This document shows positions 8,071 to 16,890 of a stretch of DNA of 33,132 nt, piece after piece. Every line of letters starts with the position of its first letter. Within the stretch, counting starts at the first letter, position 1. The notes below the pieces were generated by a model. It did not search any database. It saw nothing but the letters and a program-made list of their open reading frames with translations, and had not been told where the DNA came from. Both the position numbers and the translations under genes were made by a program. Origin of the DNA: an uncultured Gammaproteobacteria bacterium (GTDB taxonomy: Bacteria > Patescibacteriota > Microgenomatia > UBA12405); the NCBI GenBank assembly GCA_964425635.1, contig CAYRMT010000001.1, positions 1 through 33,132 on the forward strand. The letters are read 5' to 3'.

Positions 8071-9117
8071 ATGTCCTTTCTCAAAAAAAATTTTAAGAAA
8101 ATAATTATCACGATTATCGTCATCATAATTGGATTCGGAATTTTTAAATTAAAAATTCAATCACAATCAAACATCGAAATAAAATTTAACTCCAAAACAG
8201 AAACCATTATTAATCCCAAAAGAGAAACTATTAAAGATGAAATCACCCTCACAGGATCAGTCGATGCCGCTCTAAAATCAGATCTACGTTTTCAAACCAG
8301 CGGTCAACTTGCTTGGGTCGGTGTAAAAATAGGGGATAAGGTTAAAAAATATCAAGCCATCGCCTCCCTTAATAAAGAAGAACTTAAAAAACAGCTCCAA
8401 ATAGATTTCAATAATTACAAAACAGCTGCTTCCAATTTTTATGACAAAACCGATGAGTATAAAGATTCTGTTCTTACAACTGAAGTTAGAAGAATTCTCG
8501 ATCGTAATCAAAACACTTTAGATAATTCCGTTATTAATTATGAACTCCAAGATTTAGCCATTAAATACGCCACATTAGTTTCACCAATTGCCGGAATTGT
8601 TACCAACATAGACCAACCAAGTAATGGTGTAAATGTCACCCCTTCGTCAGCTACATTTTCTATTATTGACCCCAACAGTATTTATTTCAAATCAAAAATT
8701 GATCAGGAAGACGTTCCAAAAATAAAAGTAGGCGATAAAGCCACTATCAAACTCGATAGTTTTTCTGACCAAACATTTGAATCACAAATTACTCATATTG
8801 CTTTTACTCCAGTCAGCGGTGAATCTAGTACTGTCTATGAAATTAGACTCAATTTACCAACAGATAATAATAACGATCTTAAATACCGCATTGGTATGGA
8901 CGGCGATGTTTCTATTCCCCTTAAAATAGTCGAAAATGCCCTAACCGTTCCCACTGACAGTCTTCATCAAGAAAATGATCAATATTATGTTTTAGTCAAA
9001 GAAATCGACAAATCTAATCTAATTAAAAAATATGTCAAAACCGGTATTGAAACCGATACTATTGTTGAAATTTTAGAAGGACTCTCCGAAAATGACCAAA
9101 TCGTCATCGCTAAATAA
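8071..9117 (+). CDS. HlyD/MacA-family membrane-fusion (periplasmic adaptor) protein
   Basis: N-terminal TM. Lipoyl-like halves (FQTSGQLAWVGVKIGDKVKKYQAIASL ... LVSPIAGIVTNI) flank a coiled-coil, followed by a beta-barrel. Lies immediately upstream of the MacB-type ABC genes. Confidence 0.8.
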   Translation: MSFLKKNFKKIIITIIVIIIGFGIFKLKIQSQSNIEIKFNSKTETIINPKRETIKDEITLTGSVDAALKSDLRFQTSGQLAWVGVKIGDKVKKYQAIASLNKEELKKQLQIDFNNYKTAASNFYDKTDEYKDSVLTTEVRRILDRNQNTLDNSVINYELQDLAIKYATLVSPIAGIVTNIDQPSNGVNVTPSSATFSIIDPNSIYFKSKIDQEDVPKIKVGDKATIKLDSFSDQTFESQITHIAFTPVSGESSTVYEIRLNLPTDNNNDLKYRIGMDGDVSIPLKIVENALTVPTDSLHQENDQYYVLVKEIDKSNLIKKYVKTGIETDTIVEILEGLSENDQIVIAK

Positions 9118-9790
9118 TTCCAAAACAATTTTGGAATTAAAGAATGTTTCTAAGACCTATTTTTCTAATGAAGATCTTTTTTATGCTCTTAAAAATATTT
9201 CTTTAAAAATAAATGAAGGGGAATTTGTTTCCATTACTGGTCCATCAGGTTCCGGAAAATCAACACTTATGCATATGATTGGCCTCCTAGACAACCCAAC
9301 TTCAGGCCAAATTCTTTTAAATGGCAAAGATATTTCTGGATTAAAAGAAAAACAATTAGCCCAAGTCAGAAATATTACTCTTGGATTTGTTTTTCAACAA
9401 TTTAATCTTCTCCCTAAAACATCTGCTCTAGAAAATGTCATTTTACCTCTTCTTTATTCTGATGTTCCTAAAAAAAAGAGAATTGATCTAGGAATTGAAA
9501 TGCTTAAAAAAGTTGGATTGGAAGACAAGATGAAAAATACCCCTGCCCAACTCTCTGGAGGACAACAACAACGTGTTGCTATTGCTCGCGCTCTTATTAA
9601 TAATCCTCAAATAATTTTAGCCGACGAACCAACCGGAAATCTCGACAGTAAATCTGGTGCTAATATTATGGAATTTTTCCACTATCTCCACGAAAAAGAG
9701 GGGAGGACTATTGTTTTTGTTACCCACGATATGGACTTAGCCAAAGAAGCTAAAAGAATGATAATTATTAAAGATGGTCAAATAATCTAA
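9092..9790 (+). CDS. ABC transporter ATP-binding protein (MacB/LolD/FtsE-like)
   Basis: Walker [10 protein letters not shown], signature [15 protein letters not shown], Walker [13 protein letters not shown]-loop VTHD. Confidence 0.92.
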   Translation: MTKSSSLNNSKTILELKNVSKTYFSNEDLFYALKNISLKINEGEFVSITGPSGSGKSTLMHMIGLLDNPTSGQILLNGKDISGLKEKQLAQVRNITLGFVFQQFNLLPKTSALENVILPLLYSDVPKKKRIDLGIEMLKKVGLEDKMKNTPAQLSGGQQQRVAIARALINNPQIILADEPTGNLDSKSGANIMEFFHYLHEKEGRTIVFVTHDMDLAKEAKRMIIIKDGQII

Positions 9791-9792
9791 AT

Positions 9793-11010
9793 ATGCTCAA
9801 ACCAAGTTTCGATGATTTACTTAAATCCAGTGTTCGTTCGATTTTAAAAAATAAAAGTCGAACCGTATTAACTTCTCTCGGAATTATTATAGGAGTTACC
9901 TCAGTTATTCTTTTAACTTCAATTGGTAACGGTTTAAAAAGTTATATTAACCAACAATTTGAATCTCTTGGAGCCAATTCTGTCTTTATTTATCCTGGGC
10001 AAATCTTCAGCGAAAGCGGTGGATTTAGTAATAGTGGAGGCATGGTTGCCAACAACTTTACCCAAAAGGATGTTAGTAGTATTAAAAGAAAATTTAAAAA
10101 CTTCACCGTAATGCCAACAAACGTAGCTTTTGCCGATCTTAGTTCTAGTAAGGCCACCAAAAAATCAGTTGAAATGGCTGGCACTGATTATCTCTACGGT
10201 CCCAATAATAACTTGACCCCATCGTCATCAAATGGTCGCTGGTTTACCAAGGAAGAAGAAGAAAAAAAGACCCCAGTTATTGTCCTTGGCTACGAAATCG
10301 CTAATAAACTTTTTCCAAGTGGAAATGCCCTCGGTAAAAAAGTTGTCGCCAAAGGCAAGAATTTAAAAGTTATCGGTATCCTAGACAAAAAAGGAGGTGG
10401 TATGAGTGGTACTAGTTTAGATGACCACGTTTTTATACCTATTTCAGTTGCTTTCGACATTTCTGGTAATGAAAATATTAATGCTATTTTTGTTAAAGTT
10501 CCAAATAAAGACTTAATTGAACCGGCCAAAAAAGATTTAAAAAAATTCATGTTGGAAAAATACAATGAGGATGCCTTTTCTGTTTTCGATAGTTCTCAAC
10601 TTCTTAGTTCTATTAATTCCATAATAAGTGTTCTAACAATAGCCCTAAGTGGTATTGCTGCTATTTCTCTAGTGGTTGGTGGTATTGGTATTATGAACAT
10701 AATGTTAGTTTCTGTTACCGAAAGAACCAGAGAAATTGGTCTACGTAAAGCTGTTGGTGCCTATCCTCAAGCCATTTTAATTCAATTCTTAATTGAAGCC
10801 ATTATCCTATCCTGTCTTGGAGGATTAATCGGAATTATTTTAGGATTTTTAGGAACATTAGCCATAAATTCATTTTTTCCCGCCAAAATTACCATTTCAT
10901 CAATTCTCCTTGCTTTTGGTGTTTCTTCTGCTGTTGGTATTATTTTTGGAGTTGCTCCGGCCAGAAAAGCTTCCAAACTCTCTCCAATTGAAGCTCTCAG
11001 ATATGAATAA
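9793..11010 (+). CDS. ABC transporter permease, MacB/FtsX type
   Basis: N-terminal TM, a large extracytoplasmic domain, and a C-terminal FtsX domain (VTERTREIGLRKAVGA...). Confidence 0.88.
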   Translation: MLKPSFDDLLKSSVRSILKNKSRTVLTSLGIIIGVTSVILLTSIGNGLKSYINQQFESLGANSVFIYPGQIFSESGGFSNSGGMVANNFTQKDVSSIKRKFKNFTVMPTNVAFADLSSSKATKKSVEMAGTDYLYGPNNNLTPSSSNGRWFTKEEEEKKTPVIVLGYEIANKLFPSGNALGKKVVAKGKNLKVIGILDKKGGGMSGTSLDDHVFIPISVAFDISGNENINAIFVKVPNKDLIEPAKKDLKKFMLEKYNEDAFSVFDSSQLLSSINSIISVLTIALSGIAAISLVVGGIGIMNIMLVSVTERTREIGLRKAVGAYPQAILIQFLIEAIILSCLGGLIGIILGFLGTLAINSFFPAKITISSILLAFGVSSAVGIIFGVAPARKASKLSPIEALRYE

Positions 11011-11031
11011 TAGTTTTGCTATTATTAATTA

Positions 11032-11598
11032 GTGAAACAAAATTTTTTATTTGATTTACTACCAATAATTACTGTCTTTTTTATAGTTTCTATTTTTTGG
11101 GTTATCTTTGGCGTCTCTAATATCGAAATAATTTATCTTTTAATCGGTTTAATTTTAGGTCATATTTTTCTCGACGTGGATCACATTATTTACTGGTTTT
11201 ATCGAAAACCTAACACCGACGAAAGTCGAACTATTAAAAACATCTTCCTCGAAAGAAAAGATTATAAATCATTTTTAAAACTAATAAAAGCCGCCAGAAC
11301 CAGTCATGATAATTTAATTTTTCATCATTATTTTTTTCAAGTTAGTCTCAATCTTATTTCCCTTTTTATTTTTATTTCTTCATCAAACATTTTCTGTCTT
11401 TCATTTCTTTTATCTATTAATTTACATATATTAACCGATGAAATCCGAGATTATTTACGTAACCCCAAATTTCTTCAAAAATGGCTTTTTGCCCGAGAAG
11501 AAAGACAGTTATCAATTAAGTCTCTTAAAAATTACTTAATAATTTTTAATATTTTCTTCTTTATTTTCCTATTCCTTCTTGTAAAATCTAAAACATGA
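11032..11598 (+). CDS. Polytopic membrane protein, possibly YdjM-like membrane-bound metal-dependent hydrolase (GTG start)
   Basis: Four or more hydrophobic helices with His/Asp clusters at helix ends: GHIFLDVDH, HHYFFQ, HILTDE. The family assignment is from memory only. Confidence 0.35.
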   Translation: MKQNFLFDLLPIITVFFIVSIFWVIFGVSNIEIIYLLIGLILGHIFLDVDHIIYWFYRKPNTDESRTIKNIFLERKDYKSFLKLIKAARTSHDNLIFHHYFFQVSLNLISLFIFISSSNIFCLSFLLSINLHILTDEIRDYLRNPKFLQKWLFAREERQLSIKSLKNYLIIFNIFFFIFLFLLVKSKT

Positions 11599-12116
11599 TT
11601 ATGTTACCACCCCAACTTTTCAACGATGCTAAAAAATTTTTATCTCAACATCAACAAAATTTACTGAGTGATGTTGAAACCGTTCTCAAAAGAGTTGATT
11701 CTACCGATAATATTCACGACTACTCCTTTTTTGTAGCCCCAATTTCTAAGGCTTACGAAGGATTTTTAAAAGATTTTTTCCTTAAAATAGGTATTATTTC
11801 TGAAAATGATTACGAAAGTGACCGTTTCAGAGTCGGAAAAACCTTAAACCCTTCTCTCCGCTACAAAAGATTTTCTGTTTTTCAAAAATTAGCAGATATT
11901 CATAATGATGGTGAAGAATTAGCTGAAAATCTTTGGACTGCTTGGAAATTTGGTCGAAATGAAATTTTCCATTATTTTCCAAACACATCCCAAGATTTAA
12001 CTTTAAGCCAAGCCCAAGAAAGAATTGATTTATTGTTAAAAACAATTATTAGGGCAGGGGAGTTTTTAGTCAAAAACAAAGAAATTATTAATCAATCTCA
12101 ATTAAATTATTATTAA
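11595..12116 (+). CDS. Hypothetical helical protein with a HEPN-like Rx4H motif (GRNEIFH)
   Basis: 173 aa and all-helical by composition. RNEIFH fits the HEPN R[N/H/D]xxxH signature. ATGA start/stop overlap with the upstream membrane protein. Confidence 0.4.
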   Translation: MIMLPPQLFNDAKKFLSQHQQNLLSDVETVLKRVDSTDNIHDYSFFVAPISKAYEGFLKDFFLKIGIISENDYESDRFRVGKTLNPSLRYKRFSVFQKLADIHNDGEELAENLWTAWKFGRNEIFHYFPNTSQDLTLSQAQERIDLLLKTIIRAGEFLVKNKEIINQSQLNYY

Positions 12117-12912
12117 AATTAAAAAAACTTTTACTATTTTTCCAAAAATTTAAAGGTCCCGGTACTTTTCCACACCCCATTGGAGCATCAATAACATAAG
12201 TCGGACAAGCCAATCCAGAAATTCTTTTTCTAAGTTCTGTCATAATTTCCCTTTCTTTTTCAAGGGGTACTATAAACTTTTTCAATCCAACCACCGGATC
12301 ACAACGATAAATATAATAAGGCCTCACCCCCAACTCTAACAATTTTTCAAATAATTCTTCCAATTTTTCCACTGAATCATTAATTTCTTTTAAAAAAACA
12401 GATTGAGAATATAATATTACACCTACTCTTTTAAGTTTCTCAAAAACCTCAACACTCTCTTCACTAATTTCTTCCACCAAATCACAATGAATCGACAAAT
12501 AAATACTTTTTTTTAAATTAAGAAAAGTATTAAAAATATCATTCTTTATTTTTTTAGGTGCTGTTATCGGCATCCGAGTATGAATTCTAATAATTTTTAT
12601 ATTTTCCAATCTATCTATTTCTTCCACTAAAAAAATTAATTCTTCCGGCGACATTAATGGGTCTCCGCCTGAAATTATTACCTCTCTAATTTCCTCATTT
12701 TCTCTTAAAAAAAACAAAATATCTCTTAGTTCTTTTTTACTTAATTGCCATTTTTTTTCTAAAAAAGTTTTCCTTTTTCTGGTGCAAAAAGGACAATAAA
12801 CAGGGCAAATATTGTTTAGCTCTATTAAAACCCTTTTTGGATATTTATAAATTAAACCTCTAATTTTAATAAATTTTTCTTCCATCAATGGATCGTTTAA
12901 AAAATTTGTCAT
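12088..12912 (-). CDS. KamA-family radical SAM protein (lysine 2,3-aminomutase / EpmB-like), N-terminally short
   Basis: CPVYCPFCTRKRK (CxxxCxxC cluster), ISGGDPL, IRIHTR.P, PYYIYRCDPVVG, PTYVIDAP.GCGK. All are typical of the KamA family. Confidence 0.8.
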   Translation of the reverse strand: MTNFLNDPLMEEKFIKIRGLIYKYPKRVLIELNNICPVYCPFCTRKRKTFLEKKWQLSKKELRDILFFLRENEEIREVIISGGDPLMSPEELIFLVEEIDRLENIKIIRIHTRMPITAPKKIKNDIFNTFLNLKKSIYLSIHCDLVEEISEESVEVFEKLKRVGVILYSQSVFLKEINDSVEKLEELFEKLLELGVRPYYIYRCDPVVGLKKFIVPLEKEREIMTELRKRISGLACPTYVIDAPMGCGKVPGPLNFWKNSKSFFNFNNNLIEID

Positions 12913-12947
12913 AGAATTTTTTTCTTTAATCTGCTATTTTAATACAT

Positions 12948-13139
12948 ATGACCAAAATCAATCTCGACCAAAACAAATGCATTGGTTGCAATACCTGTGT
13001 ATTAATGGATCCAGAAACCTTTGAAATGGATACCTCTATCTATAAGGCTAAAGTTAAAAAACAACCAGAGACCATCACTGACACAATCAAGTCTGCAATT
13101 GAAGCCTGTCCTGTAAATGCCATTACTATCGAACAATAA
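12948..13139 (+). CDS. Small [4Fe-4S]/[3Fe-4S] ferredoxin
   Basis: 63 aa with CIGCNTC ... ACPVNAI, the single-cluster ferredoxin pattern. Confidence 0.8.
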   Translation: MTKINLDQNKCIGCNTCVLMDPETFEMDTSIYKAKVKKQPETITDTIKSAIEACPVNAITIEQ

Positions 13140-13157
13140 TTAATAATTAAAATTAAT

Positions 13158-14231
13158 ATGGTCAAAACCAAAAAATCAATTAAAAAAAATAGTTCTACAA
13201 AAACTATAAAAGAATTAAATAAAATTTATATAAAAGTACCCTTATTCGGGGTTATTCTTTTTTTAATACTATTAGTCGCTGCTTCTTTCGCTGCCGGTTT
13301 CTCCTTGTTCAAAGTTAAAAGTGATAATAGTCTAACTACTTCAACTGATACTAAATTAACTTCCAATAATGTTTTTGATGCCGACGACACAGAAAAACCA
13401 GAATTAGATTTTTATGTTATGAGCTTCTGTCCATACGGCAATCAAATAGAAACTACTCTTCGTCCTGTTTTTGATCTTCTTGGAGACAAGGTTACTCTTA
13501 GACCCCGTTATATTTTTGAAAAAATAGAGGGAGATCTAGCCACCTATTGCAAAAATAGTACTCCAGACGCAGCCAACTGTGCTACCTATGTCAAAAATAG
13601 CAATGGTCAACTAAAAGACATTGCTGATTGCAAAGATCAAATAGCCGCTATGGTTAAAAAATGCAATGATGAAAGCTTGTATTTAAAAATCGGCAACAAT
13701 TTATATTCTTCTCTCCATGGACGAGTAGAAGCCAATCAAGATGTTCGAGAACTTTGTGCTTACAACTTAACTGATAACAAGAAACTTTGGTGGGATTTCG
13801 TTAAAAATGTCAACGACAACTGCACATCTCAAAACGCTGATACATGTTGGGAAGAACAAGCTAAAAAAGCCGGTCTCGACACCAATAAAATTACTGAGTG
13901 TTTTAATAAAGATGCTGCCACATTAATTGAAGCAGAAATTGCCGACACCACCAAAAATAAAATTTCTGGATCTCCAACTTTGATGATTGGAAATAAAAAT
14001 TTTCCACCAGAAATTAGTAGTACTTCCACTGACCAAAATATTAAAATTGGAAAAGAAGTTTTTGCTTTAACCAACACTCGCACCTCAAACGTGATCAAAG
14101 CCGCTCTTTGTTCTGGTTTTAAAAATCAACCAAAAGAGTGTAAGACCAAAATAGACGAAGCTATTGCTACTAATGCTAATGGTCAGCCTGCTGCTGCTGC
14201 TGTCGCTGCCGGTGGTTGTGCTGCTCAATAA
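13158..14231 (+). CDS. Membrane-anchored, Cys-rich thioredoxin-fold (DsbA-like) protein with a monothiol CPYG site
   Basis: N-terminal TM anchor. DFYVMSFCPYGNQ sits where a CxxC is expected, and GSPTLMIGNK is the cis-Pro loop-like motif. There are 11 further Cys. Alanine-rich tail AAAAVAAGGCAAQ. Confidence 0.4.
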   Translation: MVKTKKSIKKNSSTKTIKELNKIYIKVPLFGVILFLILLVAASFAAGFSLFKVKSDNSLTTSTDTKLTSNNVFDADDTEKPELDFYVMSFCPYGNQIETTLRPVFDLLGDKVTLRPRYIFEKIEGDLATYCKNSTPDAANCATYVKNSNGQLKDIADCKDQIAAMVKKCNDESLYLKIGNNLYSSLHGRVEANQDVRELCAYNLTDNKKLWWDFVKNVNDNCTSQNADTCWEEQAKKAGLDTNKITECFNKDAATLIEAEIADTTKNKISGSPTLMIGNKNFPPEISSTSTDQNIKIGKEVFALTNTRTSNVIKAALCSGFKNQPKECKTKIDEAIATNANGQPAAAAVAAGGCAAQ

Positions 14232-14244
14232 TTTTCTTGAAATT

Positions 14245-14272
14245 AAAAACCCCGCACCTGCGGGGTTTTTTG
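14245..14272 (+). terminator. Rho-independent terminator (A-tract / GC stem / T-tract, potentially bidirectional)
   Basis: AAAAA-CCCCGCA-CC-TGCGGGG-TTTTTT read directly, 14 nt after the stop of the upstream CDS. Confidence 0.85.
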
Positions 14273-14279
14273 TTATAAT
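14271..14279 (+). promoter_or_regulatory. Extended -10 box TGTTATAAT, 6 nt upstream of ATG 14286
   Basis: TGnTATAAT read directly and abutting the terminator T-tract. No SD. Confidence 0.55.
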
Positions 14280-14285
14280 TTATTT

Positions 14286-14828
14286 ATGAAGCTCAACTCC
14301 CATCAAATCCGTAAATCTAACCTAAAAGATTCTTTAAAACTCCAAAAGCAAATAAAAAGAAATCCGATTATTTTAGTTTTGGATAATGTTTTAGACACTT
14401 ACAATATCGGCTCTTTTTTCCGCTTAGCCGACGCTTTAGCAGTTGAAAAAATCTGTCTTTGTGGCCCTGTTGTAACTCCTCCAAACATTAAAATTCACCG
14501 CGCCTCAATTGGTACTTGGAAATGGGTTCCTTGGGAACAATACCAAAATACCAAAGAATGTATCAAACAACTTAAAAAAGATGGTTATCAAATTATTGCT
14601 TGTGAACAAACTAAAGATAGTGTTGATTATTTAGATGCCAAATATAAATTTCCAGTGGCAATAATTGCCGGCAGTGAATCTTTTGGGATTTCCCAAGATG
14701 TTTTAAAATTAGTTGACAAAGTAGTCGAAATACCTATGTTTGGGGTAAATATATCCCTAAATGTTTTAGTTGCCACTTCAGTTATTAGTTTCGATGTTGT
14801 ATCTAAAATTACACATAAAAAAGCCTAA
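14286..14828 (+). CDS. SpoU/TrmH-family RNA 2'-O-methyltransferase
   Basis: LDNVLDTYNIGSFFRLADA, IIAGSESFGIS and EIPMFGVNISLNV are the three SpoU methylase motifs. Confidence 0.82.
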   Translation: MKLNSHQIRKSNLKDSLKLQKQIKRNPIILVLDNVLDTYNIGSFFRLADALAVEKICLCGPVVTPPNIKIHRASIGTWKWVPWEQYQNTKECIKQLKKDGYQIIACEQTKDSVDYLDAKYKFPVAIIAGSESFGISQDVLKLVDKVVEIPMFGVNISLNVLVATSVISFDVVSKITHKKA

Positions 14829-14844
14829 GGTTAGGCATTTTATT
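14823..14844 (+). terminator. Weak terminator-like hairpin GCCTAA-GG-TTAGGC + ATTTTATT overlapping the trmH-like stop codon
   Basis: 6-bp perfect stem read directly. The U-tract is interrupted. Belongs to the CCTA..TAGG palindrome family. Confidence 0.4.
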
Positions 14845-14925
14845 AAAATCTTTTTTAGATAATTTTTAATAAAAATTTACCCTAAAGATAGGAGTAATTT
14901 GGTTATTGTAAAGCTAATTTTGCTT

Positions 14926-14934
14926 TGTTAAAAT
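14926..14934 (+). promoter_or_regulatory. Extended -10-like box TGTTAAAAT, 6 nt upstream of the gyrB ATG
   Basis: Read directly. No SD before ATG 14941. Confidence 0.45.
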
Positions 14935-14940
14935 GAATTT

Positions 14941-16884
14941 ATGTCTCAGACTAAGCAAGATTATACCGGTGAACAAATTGTCGTTTTGGAAGGATTAGAA
15001 CCTGTCAGAAAAAGACCAGCCATGTACATTGGTTCCACTGACACCAGGGGACTACATCATTGTTTAACCGAAATTATCGACAATTCTATTGATGAAGCCC
15101 TTGCTGGTTTTGCTAAAAATATTTGGATTATTATCCACCCCGATAATTCTGTAAGTGTTGCCGATGATGGTCGTGGTATCCCCATCGACATCATGCCAAA
15201 ATACAAAAAGCCAGCAATTGAAGTTATTATGACCACTCTTCATTCTGGTGGTAAATTTGAAGGTGCTGCCTATAAAGTTTCTGGTGGCCTCCATGGTGTC
15301 GGTGCTGCTTGTGTCAACGCCCTTTCTAGTCTTTTCCAAGTCGAAATTCGCCGCGATAATCAAGTTAATTTTATCGAATTTTCACGAGGTGCTTTAAAAA
15401 CAAAATTAACCCAAATTCCCGAAACTAAAGTTGAAAAACTTAAAAAAATAATTCCATCCAATACGTCTGGTACAACGACTACTTTTTATCCTGATCCTCA
15501 AATTTTTAAAGAAACCACCGAATTTGATTCCAAGGTAATTATCAAATCTATCAAAGATCGTGCCTATCTTACCTCTAAAATCTTTTTTCATTTCTACGAC
15601 GAAAGAAATAATACTCAGCACCATTATTATTTCGAAGGCGGAATTGTCTCTCTTATTCGCGAATTAAATAAAAATAAAAATGTTTCCCACGAACCAATTT
15701 ATCTTCATCGTGAAGAGGAGGGGATTGATGTTGAAGTTGCCATCCAGTATAACGATTCCTTCCAAGAAAATACTCCATCTTTTGTCAACATTATTAATAC
15801 TCATGAAGGCGGCACACATTTAAATGGATTTAAAATTGCTTTAACTAAAGTAATTCGTGACTATGCAACCAAAAAAGAATTGCTTAAAGCCAAAGATGAT
15901 ACTATTACCGGCGACGACGTTCGTGAAGGATTAACCGCTGTTGTTTCTGTAAAAATGGGATCAAAAGATCTTCAGTTTGAAGGTCAAACCAAAGGAAAAT
16001 TGGGTAACAGTGAAGTTCAACCAATCGTCAATAAAGTCGTTAAAGAAGAACTTGAAATTTATTTTGAAGAACATCCTGATGTTGCTAAAACTATCGTTGC
16101 TAAAACTCTATTGACCATCCAAATTCGCAAAGCTGCCAAAGCTGCCAAAGATGCCATTATGCGTAAAGGCGCTTTTGAATCTTTAGGATTACCCGGTAAA
16201 CTTGCTGATTGTCAATCCAAAGATCCTGCTGAAAGCGAAATTTATATCGTCGAGGGAGATTCTGCAGGCGGTTCAGCTAAACAAGGAAGAGATCGCAAAT
16301 TTCAAGCCATTCTTCCGCTATGGGGTAAGGCTCTTAATACTGAGGGTATGAGACTCGATAAAGTCGTTGGATCCGATAAACTCAAAGATTTAATTGTTGC
16401 CCTAGGTATGGGAATAGGTGAAACAATGAATTTTGACAAACTCCGTTACCATCGAATTATTTTAATGTCTGATGCCGATGTTGACGGTGCACATATTGCT
16501 ACTCTTTTATTAACTTTTATGTTCCGACATTTACCTAATTTAATCGAAAGCGGTTATGTTTACATTGCCATGCCACCACTTTTCAAAGTAAAGCAAGGTA
16601 AAAATATTAAGTATACTTACACTGAAGAAGAGCAAGAAAAATATCTCAAAACTATTGATACTTCCAAAGCTTTTGATGTTCAACGTTATAAAGGTTTGGG
16701 AGAAATGAATCCTCAACAACTTTGGGAAACCACCATGAATCCCGAAACCAGACTTCTTAAAAGAGTTACTGTTACCGACGCTGCTAAAGCCGATGAAATT
16801 TTTAGAATTTTAATGAGTGAAGACGTTCCGCCCCGCAAAAAATTTATTCAAACTCATGCTCATTTAGCAAAACTAGATATTTAA
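14941..16884 (+). CDS. gyrB: DNA gyrase subunit B
   Basis: GLHHCLTEIIDNSIDEA, GGLHGVGA, EGDSAGGSAKQGRDR, PLWGKALN, DADVDGAHI. Confidence 0.97.
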   Translation: MSQTKQDYTGEQIVVLEGLEPVRKRPAMYIGSTDTRGLHHCLTEIIDNSIDEALAGFAKNIWIIIHPDNSVSVADDGRGIPIDIMPKYKKPAIEVIMTTLHSGGKFEGAAYKVSGGLHGVGAACVNALSSLFQVEIRRDNQVNFIEFSRGALKTKLTQIPETKVEKLKKIIPSNTSGTTTTFYPDPQIFKETTEFDSKVIIKSIKDRAYLTSKIFFHFYDERNNTQHHYYFEGGIVSLIRELNKNKNVSHEPIYLHREEEGIDVEVAIQYNDSFQENTPSFVNIINTHEGGTHLNGFKIALTKVIRDYATKKELLKAKDDTITGDDVREGLTAVVSVKMGSKDLQFEGQTKGKLGNSEVQPIVNKVVKEELEIYFEEHPDVAKTIVAKTLLTIQIRKAAKAAKDAIMRKGAFESLGLPGKLADCQSKDPAESEIYIVEGDSAGGSAKQGRDRKFQAILPLWGKALNTEGMRLDKVVGSDKLKDLIVALGMGIGETMNFDKLRYHRIILMSDADVDGAHIATLLLTFMFRHLPNLIESGYVYIAMPPLFKVKQGKNIKYTYTEEEQEKYLKTIDTSKAFDVQRYKGLGEMNPQQLWETTMNPETRLLKRVTVTDAAKADEIFRILMSEDVPPRKKFIQTHAHLAKLDI

Positions 16885-16890
16885 AAAAAT

